Counted from the first letter of the whole stretch, positions 13,592 to 25,534 are shown. The stretch: 49,175 nucleotides of DNA, filler included, from Jimgerdemannia flammicorona (GCA_003990765.1; 2 parts of 2 records of this genome joined end to end with filler, not necessarily neighbours in it), one strand, 5' to 3'. Numbers and translations are program-made. The notes: generated from the letters alone by a model not told the origin.

Positions 13592-14128
13592 TGTTGAAAT
13601 TTCTATTATTTTAATATCTTAATAATATGACTTATATATCTATAACTATGTCATCTTTGAGTTATATTTCTTAATACATAAATATATATTATCTAGAATA
13701 ATAAATAATACTCTTCTGCTCTTCTCCTCTACTCCTTACTCTACTAAGTTATAATAAAGATTATAAGCCCCACTTAGTAGCTAATAAGAAATATTTCTCT
13801 AAAACTCTATATTAAGATATTGATATAGATGAACTAAGGAACCAGTATGAGTATACCAAATATAGCAGATGTGGGTACTTCTGTAATGGGTACAATGGTC
13901 ACTATTTTTATAGTAAACATAAATATAGCCAAGAGATTGATTTCTATCTTTGATAATAAGAACTATGTCATTTGGATATTCTATATAAGTAATTTTCTAA
14001 AGGAGTACAGCTTAGTAGAGTATATGAAATTACAAATATAGATGCAAGATTACAATATTACAAATGATCACTAAGTATTATAAGAGATTATCTTTATATT
14101 ATTGAACTAACAAATAAAGCTTATATAT

Positions 14129-15675
14129 TGTCACATAGTGGTCACTGAGTCCTTAAAATATGCCAGATTCTCTTCAAGGTATATCTCTTAGACTAACTCA
14201 AGTTTGTTATAAGCAAGTTCTTATTGGAGTACCTTCCCAAGGTCTTATAGTCCTCAAACTTCTTATCTTTAACTGTCTTGTTATCTCTTAGATTGCTTGC
14301 AAGGAAGTATATATAAGTGAAACCAGAACTAACTTTATTTCAGAGGAAATAAGAGGGATATTTATACAAAATACAATTCAATGGTTGCTAAGATATAAAG
14401 CTAAATATAAATTCCAATAACTAAAACTACTAAGTTCCAGAGTCGGTACTGATGGTTGTACAGGTTTAGGATACTGGCATTATTTAGTGTCACATAAAAA
14501 TGCCAGTGCTGGAACAATTTTGCATCACCTCAGAATACCAGTACTGGTATTATCTAGTGTTACATGAGAATACCAGTGCTGGTATTATCCAGTGTAACAC
14601 AGAACTTAGAGCAGAAAGTTCAGGACCATGGGAGCTTCATCATCATCATCACTGAAGGAGATGAGATCTGCAAATTCATCATATAGGTCACGCATTTTGC
14701 GTACTTTGCATGTTTCAGGTATATCATATGGGATGATGTCATCAATGACATCATCACATTCAGCTGTGGTGGGGAAATCGGGGACAAGGTCTGGAGCTCT
14801 CCAGTCTATGAGGTTCTTTTCCACAAAATAAGGAACAAATGTGGGGTCTTGGAGAGATCTAACCCAGATGCTTGGGCCTTAGAATACTGAGATCAATCCT
14901 TGTAGGAATTGGTCTGGGTTGTCCTGAAGGATAGGGTGCCAGAAGTCTTCTACTTCTTCACTATTGAGAGTAATAGTGGACCAGGCTTCTATAGCCACCC
15001 TGGCTTCTAGTGCATTGATATGGTAGAATGATAGGTCTTTGAAGTCTGAGACTCTAACATACCCCAAGTTGGGGATCAACCATGGTGCATGCCTGAAGAT
15101 CTGATGGATCTTCTTAGCTGTCCTTGTTTCATATATATCTATGGGAGTGGCATCTTATAGCTCTTGGGTGCTGGTTTGTAGGAACTCCTGGCAGAGGAGG
15201 TTTCCTATTTCGTACTCCTGCCATATTTGGAGACATTCAGTAGCAATAGTGATCCTTGTTTCCATTTCACAGCAGTAGAGAATGAAGTAATAAGGGTCTG
15301 CAGTACCCAGGTTGACACTAGGAGTCCTTCTTGAGTGGGTCCTCATGGCTCTTCTGATGTCTTGGAACATCCTTTCCTCGACCGAGATACCTTAGTGATT
15401 CCTTGACCTTGAGGTTTGGTAGGCAGCAGGTATTTCGTTTGTAGTAAGTCTTTGAGCTATTTTGGGATTGGTGGTTCTTGTTGGTTGCTGCTACTGCAGT
15501 TCCTTGATCCTTCTTTAATATTCTTCAGGATGCTTTTACTGTGGTCACAATGACTCACAGTTGGTCATCATTGCTCATCTCATATGATGTATGATCTTCT
15601 TGTGCTTCAATCTGATGGCTTACAAGGAAAGGCTGTCTCTGGTGCTAATGTCATTATTCTGGGGTCACCATTACA
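14129..15675 (-). repeat. Gypsy-1 3' LTR
   Basis: Seen: TGT...ACA termini; direct repeat of 21373-22918; internal ~32-bp repeats at 14440-14605. Confidence 0.95.
14606..15433 (-). pseudogene. ORF3 copy in the 3' LTR (ORF pieces 15155..15370, 14879..15079 and 14606..14824 are in one frame)
   Basis: Seen: a single frame broken by TAA stops that are consistent with C>T; acidic C-terminus EKNLIDW...DDDDE. Confidence 0.7.
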
Positions 15676-15987
15676 TCTTCCTCCTAAATAAGGATCTTCC
15701 TGAGTGTCCTTATTTATTGGTCCAGTCTTGAAAAATTTGCTGATCCCATAACCTCTGGCAAGGGGTTGAAAACTGGTGTTTATGGGCTGGCATCTTCCCT
15801 TTGTATTTTGGCATGATGGTGAAGGGTCACTCCCTTCATATAGAGCAAGGGCCTGATTCTGATCTTGACCAATCAGTTGATGGTTTAACTCCTCTGACTT
15901 CAAAAGTCTCATGGATGAGTAGTTGCCAGTGCCATATCTCTTAGAGAATGGTCCAGACAGATAGCCTGCTGGTCATGAGATATGCTG

Positions 15988-17234
15988 TTATGATTCGCAG
16001 ACTATAACCTCATGGGTGGTCATTATATTTTGTTTCCCTTATATAGGTTCATGGTACTTCTTGAGTCTGTTCCTATGTACTGTGGTAGACAGTATGGTCC
16101 CTGAGATTTTTCTAAGCCAGAAGGTAGTTTTCTTGATATCTTGTATATAGAAGGGTCCTTCCCATTTGGGCTCCAGTTTTCATGACTATGAGGCTTTTAC
16201 CATATTTCGATACATAGAACCTTTTCTCTGATTCAGATGGGTTCTAGGGCCTTATGATTCTTTTCCGCATTCTTCCTTGTCAGTGCTTGTGACTTGGTGA
16301 TATAATCTTCAGCCTTCTTTCTGATTTGGTGTAGTCTCCGGATTTCTGCATCAACCTGTCTCCAAGTTAGGTCTAGATTTGTGGCTGAGGTTCCATCAGA
16401 ATCTTCTTCTCCAAAGAGCAGCTCTCTTGGAGTAAAATGTGTGCTCTGTGACCATATATCTCATAGAATAGAGAGGGCAGTTGGGAGATAGTTATCCCAA
16501 TTCTCATATGTCTCTGAGATCTTTGCTAGGATGTTCTTGAGAGTCTTGTTGGTTCTCTCTGTCTGTCCATTTCCTTGAGGGTGGTATGTGGTGGTCTTGA
16601 TGTGCTGGATCTTGTATTTCTGATACATTATCTCATAGAATCCATTGACAAATTCTGTACTGTGGTCTGTTGTGATTTGCTTTGGTGTCTTGTAGTGGCA
16701 GATGATTTCTTGGTGTAGGAAGTCAGCTATAGAGAGGGCATTGGCTTCTTGTAATGCTCCTGCCTCTATCCATTTGGTGAAGAGGTCTACAATAACTATA
16801 ATATAGCAGTTTCCTGATAGTATTACTGGTAGTAGTCCAATGATATCCATTGCAATGTGGTGGAAGGGAATAGGCTCAATTATTGATGATCTGGGTGCCT
16901 GGTCTTGCTGATCTTGTTTCTGTTTTTGGCACTTGTCATACCCTTTGACAAATTGGCACAGGTCTTCTTCTATCTTGAGCCACTACATGGTTCTTCTTGC
17001 CTTATCGTATATATTGGTTCCTCCTAAGTATCCTTGCTCATGTACTTCCTTCATTACTTGATACTTCTTGTGTTCAGGTATTACTAGCTTTCCTCCTTTT
17101 CTGAGTGTAGTGTTGTCTAATTCAAACTATTTCCAAGTCTGGTTAATGATAGTGATTGTCCAGGGTTCAAGGTGGTTGGGCATCTTCTGCTATCCAAGGT
17201 AGCTGATTAATACATAGTATAGCTCCTTATTCAT
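15988..17234 (-). pseudogene. Gypsy-1 integrase in its own ORF (HHCC, DDE core, GPF C-terminus, no chromodomain seen)
   Basis: Seen: ATG at 17234, 25 nt after the RNaseH stop and in a different frame; MDIIGLLP...VDLFTKWIEA...TTDHSTEF...YHPQGNGQTERTN; KLEPKWEGPF; one frameshift near 16215. Confidence 0.88.
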
Positions 17235-17259
17235 GTTGAGTAGTCTTGATGGGAGTGTT

Positions 17260-20200
17260 TCAGGGTGTCCTTGAGAGTGCATCAGTATTGGTGTTGGTCT
17301 TTCCTGAGTGGTGCTTGACAGTACAGTAATACTCTTACAGCCTGTAGATCTATCTGGCATATATTCCTTTGGGGTTCAGAGTGTAGAATAGCCAGGCAAA
17401 AGCAGAATGGTCCGTTTGAATAGTGAAGTGTTTTCTGACTAGGTAGTAGTGGAACTTGTCTACTGCCCAAACTACCACTAAGCATTCAAGCTTATATGAC
17501 TCATAGTTCTGTTCCACTCTGTGGGTACCTCAGCTTACATAGGAGATGACATATTCATGTCTATCTTTCTTCTGAGCTAGGACTGCTCCAAGTTCTATAG
17601 TACTTGCATCTGTCTGCAGGATGAATTCTAGGTTCCAGTCTGGTCTTCTGAGAATGGGTGCTTGGGTCAATCTGGTCTTGAGTTCATTGAAGGTTTCTTG
17701 GTGCTCCTTGGTCCATTCAAATTTGGTCTCCTTCTTCAGTAGCTCATAGATAGGTGCTGCAATGTTGGAGTATCCTTTGATGAATCTTCTGTAGTAGCTG
17801 GACAGTCCAAGGAAGGCATAGACTTCTGTAGTTGTTCTGGGTCTTGGGTAGGCTGCAAAAGTCTTGATCTTCATGGGGTCTCTGTGGATTCCAGTCTGGT
17901 TGATGAGGTGTCCTAGGTAGGCAATTTCTTGAGCTGCAAACTTGCATTTCTTAGGCTTGATATAGAGGCCATGCTCCTTGAGCCTCTTGAGGGCTAGCTG
18001 TATGTGATTGACATATTCCTGTGTAGTGTTGCTGAAGATGATCACATCATCAACATAGACAAAGAGCTATTTTCCAATCTCATTGCTGAAGACTTTATTC
18101 ATCATTCACTGGAAACTTGCTGGGGCATTGCACATTCCAAATGGTATTCGCAGATAGATATAGGTAGCATCAGATGTGATGAAGGCTGATTTCTCACTGA
18201 CATCTTAAGTGAGACCGATCTGATGGAAGTCTGAGAACAGATCAAAGGTGGTGTAGTATTTGGCTTCACTTCCAAGGGTGGTAAGAATTTCTTGAATATT
18301 TGGCAAGGGCTGTCTATTCTTCTTGGTGATGGCATTGAGTTTCCTGTAGTCAATACAGAGTCTTGGTGCAAACTCTCCAGGCTTGCTTCCTTTCTTCGGA
18401 GCAAGGACAATGGGTGAGGCCCAGGGGCTGATAGCTTGCTTGATGATCCCGGCTTCTTCTATTTCCTTGAGTTCGGCTCACAGCCACTCTCTGTAGGCAG
18501 GTGGTATGGGTCTGGCTTTCTGATAGATAGACTTGGTATCACCAGTGTCAACTTCATGGTAGTACTTGGGTTCTTGATTGTGGATATTCCTAAAGTCTGT
18601 AGCAAGTACTTCTTTGTTCTGGTACAGGATCTTGAGAAGTTGTTCCTCTAGGGGAAAGTTTTCTCCAATGATATATGTGTGCTTGTTCTGGTCCTTGTCT
18701 TTCTTGTGCTCAAGTTTAGTAATCTTGGTAGTGGTATAGGCTCCTCTTCCAGTAGATCCAAAGCCTTGTTCTTCTCTCTTGATCTTGATAAGTTCAGTGG
18801 CTTCTATGATCTTGGGCTTCTTGATTTTGTGGATCAGCATCTGGCCAATCCTGTCATACTTCTTGACTTCGAAGGGGGTGGTGTGTTTGTGATTTCTGAC
18901 TATGAGAAAAATCTTGCCAGTGTAATCAGGGTCAATTACTCCTCCTTCAACTGAGATTTTGCTTTTGGCCAGACTACTCCTGGTCTTGATAATTCTGGTA
19001 TGGTTTTCTGGCAACTTGACTCCAATTCCAGTGCCAAGTAGGATAGTGGTCTGTGGTTTGAGGGTAGCATTTTGGATGCTGGCAAGGTCTATTCCTATGG
19101 CTCCTTCAGTCTTGTATTCTGGGATCTTGGCTTCAGAGTGAAACTTCTTGACCTTGAGGGTGATGTCTGATTCTTGTTCCTCCTCATTGTCACTGTCAGC
19201 TTGAAGCTCTGGGGGCTGGTCATCTTCTTCAGCTTTCCTTTTTGCTTCAGCAGCTTCTTGCTTGTGTTTCTGTTGGTGGATTTTCCTGACTTCACTGATA
19301 CAGGACCAGCAGTCATTCAGGTGTTCAGAGCAGTATATTCTAGTACCATGGGGGCATCTTCCTTGAGGGACATACCCATCAATGATCTTGTTATACCACT
19401 GCTCATCTGTGAGCTTGAATGTCTTGTTCTTATTCTTATTCACCAAGTACATGAAGACCTCTGTGTCTTCTTCATCTCCTTCCTTCATGTCTGGCAGAAC
19501 TCCTTTGTAGACATTGATAGAAACTCATACCTTTCTTCCTCTATAGTTGATCTGCATCTTCTGGGCATTGAGGTCAATGATGGCCTTGGCCTTGTGAAGC
19601 CATTGGTTGCCAATAAGGATGTCATAGTTGGTGGTGCTTGTAACAATCACGTCTACTAGGATGATAGCTCCTCTTATCTTAATGGGGACTTCTTGGATTT
19701 TGCCAAGGGGGGTAGCTCGTATACCATCTGCTATAATATAGACCATTTTGGTGGACTCCTCAATGTCCCAACCTAGGCAGTCAATTGCCTTCTTGCTTAT
19801 GAGGCATCCTCCAGCACCAGTATCAATGATGGCATCAAAGATACAGTCTTCGATCTAGCAGAGGATATAGGCTAATGTCTTGTGCTGGTCTTCGGATTCT
19901 TCATCTGAGTTCTCAGATTCTTCTTGTGCATTGTGAGCTTCTATGATCTTGTACTCTTGATTCTTAGCAGTAGTTATAAGTTCTACTCTTAACTGCTGTC
20001 TGAAGGCAGGGACTTCAGCTAGCTGCCCAAAAGTGGCATTGACCTTCTGTTCTTTGAGATCCTTGTAGATGTCATACTGGTGGATCTTGGTCTTGTGCAG
20101 CTTCTGTTCCTTCTTGCTCTCGCTTTCTCCTGAGACTGGAGTAGTGCCTTCGATAATTTGGCACACAGCTTTGTCTAACTCCCTGTCTTGATCAATCTCC

Positions 20201-21291
20201 TTGGGTTGGGTCTTGCTTTGAATAGTGACAGCTGGAGTCTTCTTTGGTCTTCCAACTGGCTTGCTGTTGCTCTTCTTGTCATAGGGCTTGGACCAGGTTC
20301 TGGTACCTTCAGTAGCAGGGTAGAATTCAAGCTCTTCATAGTATTCTTCATCATCAGTATCACTGACCTCCTCAATGACTACTGCATTGGTTTGTTCTCT
20401 GGTTCTGCTAGTATTGCTTGGTTGGGCTTTGCATCTCATTTTGGTCATGCAACTCTTTACATAGCAGCCTTCTTCTCCACATCTGAAGCATGTGATATTG
20501 TGTTCTTCTGTAGCAGCTGCAAATCTCTGCACTGGTCTCCTGTTGGCGCTTCAGACTTCTCTAACAACATCACTGAGGTGTGCAGTCATCTTGGTGAACT
20601 GCTTGGTAAGTTCTTCCACTGGGTCAGCTTTGGCTGTCTTGGGGGTAGGTGGGGTTGGTTGTCTGTTTACAACTGTGGCAGGTAAGATACTAGTTGGCTT
20701 TGATGGCTCCATCTTGATGCCAGTTATTTTCTCCATTGAGTGTTCAGCAGGGTGTCTGGCAGTCCAATATCTCTGTGCAAAGACCACTTTCTGATCAAGG
20801 GTCAGTACAGCTGGGGTAGACCAGATTGCTAGGGCAATTTCAGAGTAAACTCCTTTGAGGAAGGTTGAATCCACTATTTGTTCCTTGAGGGCATCATCAT
20901 AGCCAGCCAAGACAATCTGGTGGCAGATTCGGTTATAGAATAAGTTGGGATCTTCACTAAGTTCTTGGCAGATAGTATTGAGTTGATCTTTGAGAGCTTG
21001 CTTGATCTCTTCGGTATAATATGTTGTTCTGAGGAAGGTCTTCATGTTGGTAAGTTTGACTGCATCAGCACCAGCAATAGTGACTGCATTAAACTTGTCT
21101 CTGGCAGGTCCTCTGAGGCTAACTGGTAGAAGGGCCAATTGAGCATCCACACCAAGGGCTCGTACAGTGGCGAATTGTTCAAAGTTTTCAATGAAGGTCA
21201 GGATTGACTCTTTAGTAGTATATTCATAGAATGTGGGGGGATGCATTTCCATCTTATCTTGAATTCTTGCAGGGGTGACTCTTGTAGTCAA
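17260..21291 (-). pseudogene. gag-pol: Gypsy-1 Gag-Pol (capsid, CCHC knuckle, aspartic protease, dUTPase, RT, RNaseH) in one frame with in-frame stops
   Basis: Seen: ORFs 20551..21291, 19855..20532, 19525..19746, 18478..19488 and 17530..18045 are all in frame; motifs CFRCGEEG, IIDTGA, RLCIDYRKLN, YVDD, LQTDAS, TDALSRTP*. Confidence 0.93.
18749..19164 (-). CDS. dut: Trimeric dUTPase domain within Gypsy-1 Pol
   Basis: Seen: dUTPase motifs I-V: AIGIDL, TRSSLA, GGVIDPDYTGKI, DRIGQM, REEQGFGSTG. Confidence 0.92.
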
Positions 21292-21372
21292 AGTAGTTGT
21301 TGTGGGAGTTGTTTGTTTTTCAGCTTGAAAGTGAGGGATTCATCTTGAATCACCAGCCAATGGGTACCAAGT

Positions 21373-22918
21373 TATCACATGTGGTTGCTGAGTCCTTCAA
21401 ATATGCCAGATTCTCTTCAAGGTATATCTCTTAGACTAACTCAAGTTTGTTATAAGCAAGTTCTTATTGGAGTGCCTTCCCAAGATCTTATAGTCCTCAA
21501 ACTTCTTATCTTTAACTGTCTTGTTATCTCTTAGATTGCTTGCAAGGAAGTGTGTATAAGTGAAACCAGAACTGACTTTATTTCAGAGGAAATAAGAGAG
21601 GTATTTATATAAAATACAATTCAATGGTTACTAAGATATAAAGCTAAATATAAATTCCAATAACTAAAACTACTAAGTTCCAGAGTCGGTACTGATAGTT
21701 GTACAGGTTCAGGATGCTGGTATTATTTAGTGTCACATCAAAATGCTGGTGCTGGAACAATTTCACATCATCTCAGAATACTGGTGCTGGCATTATCCAG
21801 TGTTACATGAGAATACTGGTGTTGGCATTATCCAGTATAATACAGAACTTAGAGCAGAAAGTTCAAGACCATGGGAGCTTCATCATCATCATCACTGAAG
21901 GAGATGAGATCTGCAAATTTGTCATGTAGGTTGCATGTTTCACATACTTCGCATGCTTCAGGTATGTTATACAGGATGATGTCATTGATGATGTCATCAC
22001 GTTCAGCTGTGGCGGGGAAATCAGGGACAAGGTCTGGAGCTCTCCAGTCTATGAGGTTCTCTTCTATAAAATAAGGAACAAATGTGGGGTCTTGGGGAGA
22101 TCTAACCCAGATGCTTGGGCCTTAGAATACTGAGATCAATCCTTGCAGGAATTGGTCTGGGTTGTCCTGAAGGATAGGGTGCCAGAAGTCTTCTACTTCT
22201 TCACTGTTGAGGGTGATAGTAGACTGGGCTTCTGTAGCCACCCTGGCTTCTAGTGCATTGATACAGCAGAATGATAGGTCTCTGAAGTCTGAGACTCTAA
22301 CATACTCCAAGTTGGGGATCGACCATAGTGCATGCCTGAAGATCTGATGGATCTTCTTAGCTGTCCTTGTTTCATATATATCTATGGGAGTGGCATCTTG
22401 TAGCTCTTGGGTGCTGGCTTGTGGGAACTCCTGGTAGAGAAGATTTCCTATTTTGTACTCCTGCCACATTTGGAGGCATTCGGTAGCAATAGTAATTCTT
22501 GTTTCCATTTCACAACAGTAGAGAATGAAGTGGTAAGGGTCTGCAGTACCCAGGTTGACACTAGGAGTCCTTCTTGAGTGGGTCCTCATGGCTCTTCTGA
22601 TGTCTTGGAACATCCTTTCCTTGACTGAGATACCTTGGTGATTCCTTGACCTTGAGGTTTGGCAGGCAGCAGGCATTTCATTTGTGGTAAGTCTTTGAGC
22701 TATTTTGGGATTGGTGGTTCTTGTTAGTTGCTGCTACTGCAGTTCCTTGATCCTTCTTTTATATTCTTCAGGATGCTTGTACTGTGGTCACAATGACTCA
22801 CAGTTGGTCATCATTGCTTATCTTGTATGATGTATGATCTTCTTGTACTCCGATCTGGTGGCTTGCAAGGAAAGGCTGTCTCTGGTGCTGATGTCATCAT
22901 TCTGGGGTCACCATTACA
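21373..22918 (-). repeat. Gypsy-1 5' LTR
   Basis: Seen: direct repeat of 14129-15675; left end reads TATCAC (TG>TA mutated). Confidence 0.95.
22122..22676 (-). CDS. ORF3 (184 aa open, unknown function) inside the 5' LTR
   Basis: Seen: uninterrupted 184-codon ORF, conserved in the other LTR and in the 1008-1500 copy; resembles the Gypsy-2 ORF at 45724-46239. Confidence 0.7.
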   Translation of the reverse strand: MPAACQTSRSRNHQGISVKERMFQDIRRAMRTHSRRTPSVNLGTADPYHFILYCCEMETRITIATECLQMWQEYKIGNLLYQEFPQASTQELQDATPIDIYETRTAKKIHQIFRHALWSIPNLEYVRVSDFRDLSFCCINALEARVATEAQSTITLNSEEVEDFWHPILQDNPDQFLQGLISVF

Positions 22919-24226
22919 ATATATATAATATATACTATAATAGTCTATAATATATGAGAGACTTTATACAATTATTATATATAAGCATTCTTGTCAAATT
23001 GATTCTATCTGAAATCTCAGCTATTTTATTTATAAATAAAACTTAAGAAGAATATCTATAAATATACTAATCACAGTAATAATCTGATAAATCAGATGAA
23101 TTATCTAAATATACTAACAAAGTATATTAGTAATGAAGACAAGATTATGGCCCTTATATAAAGCCTTCTTGAGATATACAATATCATAATAGTATCTATA
23201 TATAATAGTAGAAAACTTATAACCTATATCTATATAACAATAAGTCTCATCAATAAAAAGATATATTAAGAAATTACAATAATGAAAAAGTATTCTATAG
23301 GTCATATAGATGAGATAAGAAATACCAACAAGATCAGAAATATGAGTCTACTAAGTTTAATAGAAACTGCTATTACTATAGTAAATATAAATATATGCTA
23401 TTATAAGAATAAGGAGAATGATGAAAATAAGTATAGAAGTCAGTATTAGTAATATGAGAGCAGTAAAAAGAAATATAATAGTAAAGATCAATATAATATA
23501 AGTACTACTGAAACTGATGATAATAATATCATATATACTCAAGAAAGAGAAAATATTAGTATATCTCTATAAAAATATTACAGAATCTGTTACTAATTTT
23601 CAGGACATATTATATACTCTAAAGATAGAAAAAAATCTCTTTTTAATTAGTAAAATAATGGCTCACAGTAATAAAGAAATATATATATACTTATTGAGAG
23701 TAATAATATATAGTTTGAAGAATAATAAGGAGATCATAATAGTGTCAAAATGAGATAATCTTTATATAATCAATAGTATACTGAGTAGTATAAAAACCTC
23801 TATATATATGTATAATAATAATATCTAACATATCTAACATATAGCATCAATGCTTGAGATATATAGAGAAATTGAGTTTGGAAAAGATGATTAGAAATAG
23901 ATCTGTATAAGGATTACTGATAATATATCTTGATGCTAATTTATATAAGAATTATATAGTAAATAAAGTATTTCAGCATCTATTTAAGAAGTAGATGAAA
24001 TATGTATCCAGTATACTTGATTTAATTTATATAGATATAGTTGGTTCAATATATACTACTTTTTAAAGAAGAGATATTTTATTATATTTATCAATGACTA
24101 TATATAAAAAGTATATGTATATTTTCTGTCAATAAAGAGTAAAGTTTTAGATAAATTCAAAGAGTTCAAAGTAATTATTATGAATAAAACAGAACATAGA
24201 ATATATATTATATACTCAGATAATAG

Positions 24227-24538
24227 TGTGACGGTACAGCCAGATTTGGAAGAAGGAAATAGGGAATAGACACTTGATCGCACCCATTCCCAAAGTAGTA
24301 TAGCATTATAGTTAGCAGTCCTCGATTTCGACATTGTCTAATTTCTTAGACATTGTCTAAATTTTAGACATTATCCAAATCAAATATCCCGATTTAGTAT
24401 AGTATTTAGACATTGTCCAAATGTTTCGACAAAGTCCAAATGACTCATTTATTACTTAGCCACCCTCTCATAGCTAGCAAACTTGTATAAATAACCCAGT
24501 ATCTTTGAGTGAATAAACCTCAGATCAAAATAGTTCAA
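24227..24538 (+). mobile_element. Start of a younger LTR (Gypsy-2-related), truncated by the contig end
   Basis: Seen: begins TGTGAC within Copia integrase; retains CpGs; shares AACTTGTATAAAT and GAGTGAATAAACCTCAG with the Gypsy-2 LTR (~46555-46600). Confidence 0.65.
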
Positions 24539-24638
24539 NNNNNNNNNNNNNNNNNNNNNNNNNNNNNNNNNNNNNNNNNNNNTTAATTAATTAANNNNNN
24601 NNNNNNNNNNNNNNNNNNNNNNNNNNNNNNNNNNNNNN
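24539..24638. other. Artificial contig spacer (44 N + TTAATTAATTAA + 44 N = 100 bp)
   Basis: Seen directly; the 12-mer places stop codons in all six frames. Confidence 0.95.
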
Positions 24639-25534
24639 TTTTTTTCCGCCCTCGCGATAGGGGGCTCGTCTTCATATTCTCTGGTATTCGGGACCTTGGC
24701 GCACCTACTGGCTCTTCTCGAACGACCTGCTCCGGTCGCCCGACTCGCCAGCTGTACTTGGCCTGCCCAACGGACGTGCAGGAGCGGTGTGCGAGGCTGA
24801 GACATTCAGGTCTGAGGCGGGTGAGGGGGAGGAGCGGTGTAATGGGGATCATGTTCATCGCCAACACCCAGCGCAACTGGGACACTGTACCCGAGAGCGT
24901 CAACCTTATCCTGTCCACTAACATCATCGTGTTTGTCATGGTCGCCATCACATTCGATCTGGGCGGCAGGTTCTACTTTCAGCGCAGCCACATCAACACC
25001 CTTTACTGTCACCCTTGCGGTCACCAACGTCATGTTACTCTTGACTGTTGTCCTACACCAGCTTCCAGAGACCACCGCGGAGGGAACAGCGTTAAGCAAC
25101 GTAATGCGCACCGTTTGTCCTCTCGCTCTGTTTTTTGCTTATTGTTATGCATTAGTCCCGTGATTAGGATGAAGATAGGTGGAAATCCCGAGATACACTC
25201 AGGGGGTAGTGGCTGTAGTAGTCTGGTGAGAGATACACATGCGCAAAAGAAAGGGTTTCGGTAACTTGGAATCCATAATTAACATGAATATGTATTGACA
25301 GATACCTCACACTGCTCGGGCTACTCGACCTGGTGACCGAGGTTGGAGGCGAGCACTAGGTAGGTCGTGGCCCCTCGTCCTCCTGCGGTCCTTAGTCATT
25401 ATGCGGTCCTTCGTCGCCCTGCGGTCCTGCGGTTCCTCGCCGCCCTGCATTCAATCGTCATCCAGCGGTCCGTCGTTGTCTTGCGGTACATTGTCGTCCT
25501 ACGGTGTTCCATGTCCCGCAGTCCCTTGTCCATC

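Larger units (their letters stand above)
14129..22918 (-). mobile_element. Full-length Ty3/Gypsy LTR retrotransposon Gypsy-1 with dUTPase, separate integrase ORF and LTR-borne ORF3
   Basis: Seen: ~1.55-kb LTRs at 14129-15675 and 21373-22918, 4-bp TSD ATAT, PPT (TAGGAGGAAGA on minus) adjacent to 15675, PBS-like TGGTACCCATTGG next to 21372, domain order PR-dUTPase-RT-RH-IN. Confidence 0.95.
13592..24226 (+). mobile_element. Ty1/Copia relic B (LTR 13592-~13757), interrupted by Gypsy-1 and ending at another LTR at 24227
   Basis: Seen: starts TGTTG; GATTATAAGCCC at ~13759 is a decayed GGTTATGAGCCC Copia internal start; homology to relic A resumes at 22919; integrase ...YSDN at ~24210. Confidence 0.8.

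Noticed and set aside
15607..15990. A fourth ORF between Gypsy-1 integrase and the LTR
   Set aside because: All three frames can be made plausible by reverting stops; the frame cannot be resolved without a family consensus.
24639..25530. ORFs 24583..24951, 24758..25264, 24806..25111 and 25367..25688
   Set aside because: GC-rich overlapping frames with no recognisable motif; no product can be supported.
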